Assembly: GCF_024298765.1 (NCBI RefSeq)
Contig: NZ_CP101210.1
Source of the DNA: Escherichia coli
GTDB lineage: Bacteria > Pseudomonadota > Gammaproteobacteria > Enterobacterales > Enterobacteriaceae
DNA: 64,000 nt
Direction: 5' to 3' (one strand)
The position numbers and the translations under genes were made by a program. Under the pieces are notes generated by a model. The model had not been told where the DNA came from. It did not search any database and saw nothing but the letters and a program-made list of their open reading frames with translations. This document shows, in pieces, positions 58,274 through 64,000 of this stretch. The first letter of the stretch is position 1, and each line of letters starts with the position of its first letter.

Positions 58274-61200
58274 ATGGGCAAAGGCAGCAGTAAGGGGCAT
58301 ACCCCGCGCGAAGCGAAGGACAACCTGAAATCCACGCAGTTACTGAGTGTGATCGATGCCATCAGCGAAGGGCCGATTGAAGGTCCGGTGGATGGATTAA
58401 AAAGCGTGCTGCTGAACAGTACACCGGTGCTGGACAGTGAGGGGAATACCAACATCGCCGGTGTCACGGTGGTGTTCCGGGCAGGTGAACAGGAGCAGAC
58501 ACCGCCGGAGGGATTTGAATCCTCCGGATCCGAGACGGTGCTGGGTACGGAAGTGAAATACGACACGCCGATCACCCGGACCATCACGTCTGCAAACATC
58601 GACCGTCTGCGCTTTACCTTCGGTGTGCAGGCACTGGTGGAAACCACCTCAAAGGGGGACCGGAATCCATCGGAAGTCCGCCTGCTGGTTCAGATACAAC
58701 GTAACGGTGGCTGGGTGACGGAAAAAGACATCACCATTAAGGGCAAAACCACCTCGCAGTATCTGGCCTCGGTGGTGGTGGGTAACCTGCCGCCGCGCCC
58801 GTTTAATATCCGGATGCGCAGGATGACGCCGGACAGCACCACAGACCAGCTGCAGAACAAAACGCTCTGGTCGTCATACACCGAAATCATCGATGTGAAA
58901 CAGTGCTACCCGAACACGGCACTGGTCGGCGTGCAGGTGGACTCGGAGCAGTTCGGCAGCCAGCAGGTGAGCCGTAATTATCATCTTCGCGGACGCATTC
59001 TGCAGGTGCCGTCGAACTATAACCCGCAGACGCGGCAATACAGCGGTATCTGGGACGGAACGTTTAAGCCAGCATACAGCAACAACATGGCCTGGTGTCT
59101 GTGGGATATGCTGACCCATCCGCGCTACGGCATGGGGAAACGTCTTGGTGCGGCGGATGTGGACAAATGGGCGCTGTATGTCATCGGCCAGCATTGCGAG
59201 CAGTCGGTGCCGGACGGTTTTGGCGGCACGGAGCCGCGCATCACCTGTAATGCGTACCTGACCACACAGCGTAAGGCGTGGGATGTTCTCAGTGATTTCT
59301 GCTCGGCGATGCGCTGTATGCCGGTATGGAACGGGCAGACGCTGACGTTCGTGCAGGACCGACCGTCGGATAAGGTGTGGACCTATAACCGCAGTAATGT
59401 GGTGATGCCGGATGATGGCGCGCCGTTCCGCTACAGCTTCAGCGCCCTCAAGGACCGCCATAATGCCGTTGAGGTGAACTGGATTGACCCGAATAACGGC
59501 TGGGAGACGGCGACAGAGCTTGTGGAGGACACGCAGGCCATTGCCCGTTACGGTCGTAACGTCACGAAGATGGATGCTTTTGGCTGTACCAGCCGGGGGC
59601 AGGCACACCGCGCCGGGCTGTGGCTGATTAAAACGGAGCTGCTGGAAACGCAGACCGTGGACTTCAGCGTGGGCGCAGAAGGGCTTCGCCATGTACCGGG
59701 CGATGTCATTGAAATCTGCGATGATGACTATGCGGGCATCAGCATCGGCGGGCGCGTGCTGGCGGTGAACAGCCAGACGCGGACACTGACGCTCGACCGT
59801 GAAATCACGCTGCCATCCTCCGGTACCACGCTGATAAGCCTGGTTGACGGAAGTGGCAATCCGGTCAGCGTGGAGGTCCAGTCCGTCACCGACGGCGTGA
59901 AGGTAAAAGTGAGCCGTGTTCCTGACGGCGTTGCCGGATACAGCGTGTGGGGGCTGAAGCTGCCGACGCTGCGCCAGCGCCTGTTCCGCTGCGTGAGTAT
60001 CCGTGAGAACGACGACGGCACGTATGCCATCACCGCCGTGCAGCATGTACCGGAAAAAGAAGCCATCGTGGATAACGGGGCGCACTTTGACGGCGACCAG
60101 AGCGGCACGGTGAACGGGGTCACGCCGCCAGCGGTGCAGCACCTGACCGCAGAAGTCACCGCAGACAGCGGGGAATATCAGGTGCTGGCGCGCTGGGACA
60201 CGCCGAAGGTGGTGAAGGGGGTGAGTTTTATGCTTCGCCTGACCGTGGCCGCGGATGACGGCAGTGAGCGGCTGGTCAGCACGGCCCGGACGACGGAAAC
60301 CACATACCGCTTCACGCAACTGGCGCTGGGGAACTACAGGCTGACAGTCCGGGCGGTAAATGCGTGGGGACAGCAGGGCGATCCGGCATCGGTATCGTTC
60401 CGGATTGCCGCACCGGCAGCGCCGTCACAGATTGAGCTGACGCCGGGCTATTTTCAGATAACTGCCACGCCGCATCTTGCGGTTTATGATCCGACGGTAC
60501 AGTTTGAGTTCTGGTTCTCGGAAACGCGGATTACCGATATCAGGCAGGTTGAAACCACAGCCCGCTACCTTGGCACGGGGCTGTACTGGATAGCCGCCAG
60601 TATCAATATCAAACCGGGCCATGATTATTACTTTTATATCCGCAGTGTGAACACCGTTGGCAAATCGGCATTCGTGGAGGCCGTCGGTCGGGCGAGCGAT
60701 GATGCGGAAGGTTACCTGGATTTTTTCAAAGGCAAGATAACCGAATCCCATCTCGGCAAGGAGCTGCTGGAAAAAGTCGAGCTGACGGAGGATAACGCCA
60801 GCAAACTGGAGGAGTTTTCGAAAGAGTGGCAGGACGCTAACGATAAGTGGAATGCCATGTGGGGCGTCAAAATTGAGCAGACCAAAGACGGCAAACATTA
60901 TGTCGCGGGTATTGGCCTCAGCATGGAGGACACGGAAGAAGGCAAGCTGAGCCAGTTTCTGGTTGCCGCTAACCGTATCGCGTTTATTGACCCGGCAAAC
61001 GGGAATGAAACGCCGATGTTTGTGGCGCAGGGCAATCAGATATTTATGAACGACGTGTTCCTGAAGCGCCTGACGGCCCCGACCATTACCAGTGGTGGAA
61101 ATCCACCGGCATTTTCCCTGACGTCAGACGGAAAGCTGACCGCTAAAAATGCGGATATCAGTGGCAGTGTGAATGCGAACGCCGGGACGCTCAACAATGT

Positions 61201-61687
61201 CACGGTAAATGAAAACTGTACGATTAAGGGCATGCTGGAGGCGACTCAGGTCAGAGGTGACTTCGTTAAAGCTGTATCCAAATCATTCCCGAAACAGGCT
61301 GGTACGTGGGGTAATACGGAAACACCAAACGGGACGGTTACAGTCACCATCAGCGATGATCATAACTTTGACCGTCAAATCATTATTCCGCCCATTATCT
61401 TTAACGGAATAGCGTATAGCGATCCGGGAAGTGGTAATAACCCGGGAGGTACAAGATACACGGGTTATGGTTTTGAAGTTCGCAAAAACGGTGTATTAAT
61501 CGCATCCAGAGAAACTAAAGGGGCCATTCCCGGTAGCTACAGTGCGGTTATTGATATGCCGAGTGGCAGGGGAAGCGTCACTCTGGAGTTTAAGGTTTTC
61601 CATAAAGGCAATCAGTGGGCAGGTAATATCACCGACTGTACGGTGATTGTGACCAAAAAAGCCGCTTCCGGCATCAGTATTCGTTGA
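58274..61687 (+). CDS. J: central tail fibre / host specificity protein J
   Basis: 1137 aa, lambda J-like over most of its length. The last ~150 aa diverge. Confidence 0.93.
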   Translation: MGKGSSKGHTPREAKDNLKSTQLLSVIDAISEGPIEGPVDGLKSVLLNSTPVLDSEGNTNIAGVTVVFRAGEQEQTPPEGFESSGSETVLGTEVKYDTPITRTITSANIDRLRFTFGVQALVETTSKGDRNPSEVRLLVQIQRNGGWVTEKDITIKGKTTSQYLASVVVGNLPPRPFNIRMRRMTPDSTTDQLQNKTLWSSYTEIIDVKQCYPNTALVGVQVDSEQFGSQQVSRNYHLRGRILQVPSNYNPQTRQYSGIWDGTFKPAYSNNMAWCLWDMLTHPRYGMGKRLGAADVDKWALYVIGQHCEQSVPDGFGGTEPRITCNAYLTTQRKAWDVLSDFCSAMRCMPVWNGQTLTFVQDRPSDKVWTYNRSNVVMPDDGAPFRYSFSALKDRHNAVEVNWIDPNNGWETATELVEDTQAIARYGRNVTKMDAFGCTSRGQAHRAGLWLIKTELLETQTVDFSVGAEGLRHVPGDVIEICDDDYAGISIGGRVLAVNSQTRTLTLDREITLPSSGTTLISLVDGSGNPVSVEVQSVTDGVKVKVSRVPDGVAGYSVWGLKLPTLRQRLFRCVSIRENDDGTYAITAVQHVPEKEAIVDNGAHFDGDQSGTVNGVTPPAVQHLTAEVTADSGEYQVLARWDTPKVVKGVSFMLRLTVAADDGSERLVSTARTTETTYRFTQLALGNYRLTVRAVNAWGQQGDPASVSFRIAAPAAPSQIELTPGYFQITATPHLAVYDPTVQFEFWFSETRITDIRQVETTARYLGTGLYWIAASINIKPGHDYYFYIRSVNTVGKSAFVEAVGRASDDAEGYLDFFKGKITESHLGKELLEKVELTEDNASKLEEFSKEWQDANDKWNAMWGVKIEQTKDGKHYVAGIGLSMEDTEEGKLSQFLVAANRIAFIDPANGNETPMFVAQGNQIFMNDVFLKRLTAPTITSGGNPPAFSLTSDGKLTAKNADISGSVNANAGTLNNVTVNENCTIKGMLEATQVRGDFVKAVSKSFPKQAGTWGNTETPNGTVTVTISDDHNFDRQIIIPPIIFNGIAYSDPGSGNNPGGTRYTGYGFEVRKNGVLIASRETKGAIPGSYSAVIDMPSGRGSVTLEFKVFHKGNQWAGNITDCTVIVTKKAASGISIR

Positions 61688-61705
61688 AATTGTTATAACC
61701 CATAT

Positions 61706-61732
61706 AAGGGCACCAGAAATGGTGCCTTTTTT
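61706..61732 (+). terminator. rho-independent terminator after J
   Basis: AAGGGCACC-AGAAAT-GGTGCCTTTTTT. Confidence 0.75.
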
Positions 61733-61756
61733 ATTGCAGAAAAGCGAGAGGTAATT

Positions 61757-62356
61757 ATGCGTAAAGTTTGTGCAGCAATTTTGTCCGCAGCCATTTGTCT
61801 GGCCGTATCCGGTGCGCCTGCATGGGCATCTGAACATCAGTCCACGCTGAGCGCGGGGTATCTTCATGCCTCGACCAACGTTCCCGGCAGCGATGATCTG
61901 AACGGGATTAACGTGAAATACCGTTATGAGTTTACGGATACGCTGGGGATGGTGACGTCATTCAGCTATGCAGGAGACAAGAATCGCCAGCTGACCCGTT
62001 ACAGCGATACCCGCTGGCATGAAGATTCTGTGCGTAACCGCTGGTTCAGCGTGATGGCGGGGCCCTCTGTGCGCGTGAATGAATGGTTCAGTGCGTATGC
62101 GATGGCGGGCGTGGCTTACAGCCGTGTGTCGACTTTTTCCGGGGATTATCTCCGCGTAACTGACAACAAGGGGAAAACGCATGATGTGCTGACCGGAAGT
62201 GATGACGGTCGCCACAGCAACACGTCTCTGGCGTGGTGGGCTGGCGTGCAGTTTAACCCGACCGAATCCGTGGCCATTGATATTGCTTATGAAGGTTCCG
62301 GCAGTGGTGACTGGCGCACTGATGGTTTCATCGTGGGTGTCGGTTATAAGTTCTGA
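61757..62356 (+). CDS. lom: Ail/Lom-family outer membrane beta-barrel protein
   Basis: 199 aa. Signal peptide MRKVCAAILSAAICLAVSGAPAWA. C-terminal ...GVGYKF. Confidence 0.9.
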   Translation: MRKVCAAILSAAICLAVSGAPAWASEHQSTLSAGYLHASTNVPGSDDLNGINVKYRYEFTDTLGMVTSFSYAGDKNRQLTRYSDTRWHEDSVRNRWFSVMAGPSVRVNEWFSAYAMAGVAYSRVSTFSGDYLRVTDNKGKTHDVLTGSDDGRHSNTSLAWWAGVQFNPTESVAIDIAYEGSGSGDWRTDGFIVGVGYKF

Positions 62357-62382
62357 TTAGCCAGGTAACACAGTGTTATGAC

Positions 62383-62409
62383 AGCCCGCCGTTTCAGGCG
62401 GGCTTTTTT
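62383..62409 (+). terminator. rho-independent terminator after lom
   Basis: AGCCCGCC-GTTTCA-GGCGGGCT followed by TTTTT. Confidence 0.75.
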
Positions 62410-62420
62410 GTGGGGTGAAT

Positions 62421-64000
62421 ATGGCAGTAAAGATTTCAGGTGTACTGAAAGACGGCACAGGAAAACCGGTACAGAACTGCACAATCCAGCTGAAAGCAAA
62501 ACGTAACAGCACCACGGTGGTGGTGAACACGCTGGCATCTGAAAATCCGGATGAAGCCGGGCGTTACAGTATGGACGTTGAGTACGGTCAGTACAGCGTT
62601 ATTCTGTTGGTGGAGGGATTCCCGCCGTCACATGCCGGGACCATCACCGTGTATGAAGATTCTCAACCCGGTACGCTGAATGATTTTCTCGGTGCCATGA
62701 CGGAGGATGATGCCCGTCCGGAGGCACTGCGCCGTTTTGAGCTGATGGTGGAAGAGGTGGCGCGTAACGCGTCCGCAGTGGCACAGAACACGGCAGCCGC
62801 AAAGAAGTCAGCCAGCGATGCCGGCACATCTGCCCGTGAGGCGGCAACCCATGCGACTGATGCTGCAGACTCAGCACGCGCAGCCAGCACGTCAGCCGGA
62901 CAGGCCGCGTCGTCGGCTCAGTCAGCGTCTTCCAGCGCAGGAACGGCATCAGCAAAGGCCACTGAAGCGGAAAAAAGTGCTGCCGCTGCAGAGTCCTCAA
63001 AAAGCGCGGCAGCTACCAGTGCCGGTGCCGCGAAAACGTCTGAAACGAATGCTTCAGCGTCACAACAATCAGCCGCCACTTCTGCATCCACCGCGACCAC
63101 GAAAGCGTCAGAAGCAGCCACTTCAGCACGGGATGCGTCGGCCTCAAAAGAGGCAGCGAAATCATCAGAAACGAACGCAGCCTCGAGCGCCAGTAGTGCC
63201 GCTTCCTCGGCAACGGCGGCAGCAAATTCTGCGAAGGTGGCAAAAACGTCCGAGACGAACGCCAGGTCTTCTGAAACGGCAGCGGGACAGAGCGCCTCAG
63301 CTGCGGCAGGCTCAAAAACAGCGGCTGCATTATCTGCCAGTGCCGCGTCAACAAGTGCCGGGCAGGCCTCAGCCAGTGCCACCGCCGCCGGAAAATCGGC
63401 AGAAAGTGCTGCATCGTCTGCTTCAACAGCCACAACGAAGGCTGGCGAAGCCACTGAACAGGCCAGCGCAGCAGCGAGTTCTGCTTCCGCAGCGAAGACA
63501 TCCGAAACGAACGCGAAAGCGTCGGAAACCAGCGCAGAATCCTCAAAAACGGCTGCCGCATCGTCAGCCAGTTCGGCGGCGTCATCGGCATCATCTGCGT
63601 CTGCTTCAAAAGATGAGGCGACCAGACAGGCGTCAGCAGCAAAGGGCAGCGCCACGACGGCATCCACGAAGGCGACAGAGGCAGCTGGCAGTGCGACGGC
63701 GGCAGCTCAGAGCAAAAGTACGGCGGAATCCGCGGCAACGCGCGCCGAGACAGCGGCAAAACGGGCAGAGGATATTGCATCCGCCGTGGCGCTTGAGGAT
63801 GCGAGCACGACGAAAAAGGGGATAGTCCAGCTAAGCAGCGCGACCAACAGCACTTCCGAGTCACAGGCGGCAACGCCAAAAGCCGTTAAGGCCGCGTATG
63901 AGCTGGCTAACGGGAAATACACCGCACAGGATGCAACGACAGCACAGAAAGGGATAGTTCAGCTTAGCAACGCGACCAACAGCACATCTGAAATGCTGGC
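62421..64000 (+). CDS. stf: side tail fibre Stf, 5' part (runs off window end)
   Basis: Absent from the track because there is no stop in the window. ATG 62421 gives MAVKISGVLKDGTGKPVQNCTIQLKAKRNSTTVVVNTLASENPDEAGRYSMDVEYGQYSV... as in lambda Stf. A long Ala/Ser/Thr-rich repeat follows, then KKGIVQLSSATNSTSE repeats. Confidence 0.9.
   Translation, partial: MAVKISGVLKDGTGKPVQNCTIQLKAKRNSTTVVVNTLASENPDEAGRYSMDVEYGQYSVILLVEGFPPSHAGTITVYEDSQPGTLNDFLGAMTEDDARPEALRRFELMVEEVARNASAVAQNTAAAKKSASDAGTSAREAATHATDAADSARAASTSAGQAASSAQSASSSAGTASAKATEAEKSAAAAESSKSAAATSAGAAKTSETNASASQQSAATSASTATTKASEAATSARDASASKEAAKSSETNAASSASSAASSATAAANSAKVAKTSETNARSSETAAGQSASAAAGSKTAAALSASAASTSAGQASASATAAGKSAESAASSASTATTKAGEATEQASAAASSASAAKTSETNAKASETSAESSKTAAASSASSAASSASSASASKDEATRQASAAKGSATTASTKATEAAGSATAAAQSKSTAESAATRAETAAKRAEDIASAVALEDASTTKKGIVQLSSATNSTSESQAATPKAVKAAYELANGKYTAQDATTAQKGIVQLSNATNSTSEML

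Noticed and set aside
58874-60319. 481-aa ORF on the minus strand
   Set aside because: Entirely antisense to the J gene, whose lambda-like translation is unambiguous. Arg/His/Ala-rich junk composition typical of the reverse frame of a GC-rich gene.
62818-63879. Three long ORFs: 335 aa on the plus strand, 249 aa and 288 aa on the minus strand
   Set aside because: Off-frame and antisense readings of the Ala/Ser/Thr-rich repetitive stf region. The real frame starts at 62421 and matches lambda Stf. The Arg/Pro/Gln-rich products are compositional artefacts.

Overview
Escherichia coli-type chromosome. Nt 1-23,530 is conserved core, in this order: pntB (3' part), tqsA, mdtJI, ydgD, ydgU, asr, ynfM, ynfL, mlc, ynfK, clcB, dmsD, ynfHGFE, ynfD, ynfC, speG, ynfB, ynfA, rspAB. 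This is the K-12 pntB..rspB interval read in the opposite orientation. At about nt 23,533 the MFS gene ydfJ is broken after codon 31 and a lambdoid prophage begins. This is the same insertion locus as the cryptic K-12 prophage Qin. The prophage runs to the window end (more than 40 kb), so its right end is not visible. It reads like a full-length relative of Qin. Its modules in order are: int-xis; a large DEDDh exonuclease; the ydfD-dicB-DicF-ydfA operon; a DicA/DicC switch with four TTAG-N6-CTAA operators; a YdaT-like gene; a lambda-O-like initiator with five in-gene iterons; hokD, rem, ydfU; Q antiterminator with PR'/tR'; cspB, cspI and a decayed cspF; phage-21-type pinholin, SAR endolysin and nested spanins; cos and terminase; gpW and portal; a ClpP-protease::capsid fusion; lambda-like tail genes Z-U-V-G/GT-H-M-L-K-I-J; lom; and the 5' part of stf, which is missing from the ORF track because it has no stop in the window. 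The stand-out accessory element is an AT-rich island at about 32.1-34.2 kb, between the replication gene and hokD. It carries a 341-aa RelA/SpoT-like small-alarmone-synthetase protein with a C-terminal extension, which I read as a candidate fused toxSAS / CapRel-type anti-phage toxin-antitoxin. Downstream of it is a 29-codon hydrophobic ORF with a strong but structurally sequestered Shine-Dalgarno. In K-12 Qin this slot holds relBE. No lambda-P-type loader gene follows the O-like gene. I saw no rRNA, tRNA, CRISPR array or IS element. Homology statements rest on my memory of E. coli K-12 and lambda proteins and on motifs read from the translations; no database search was run.
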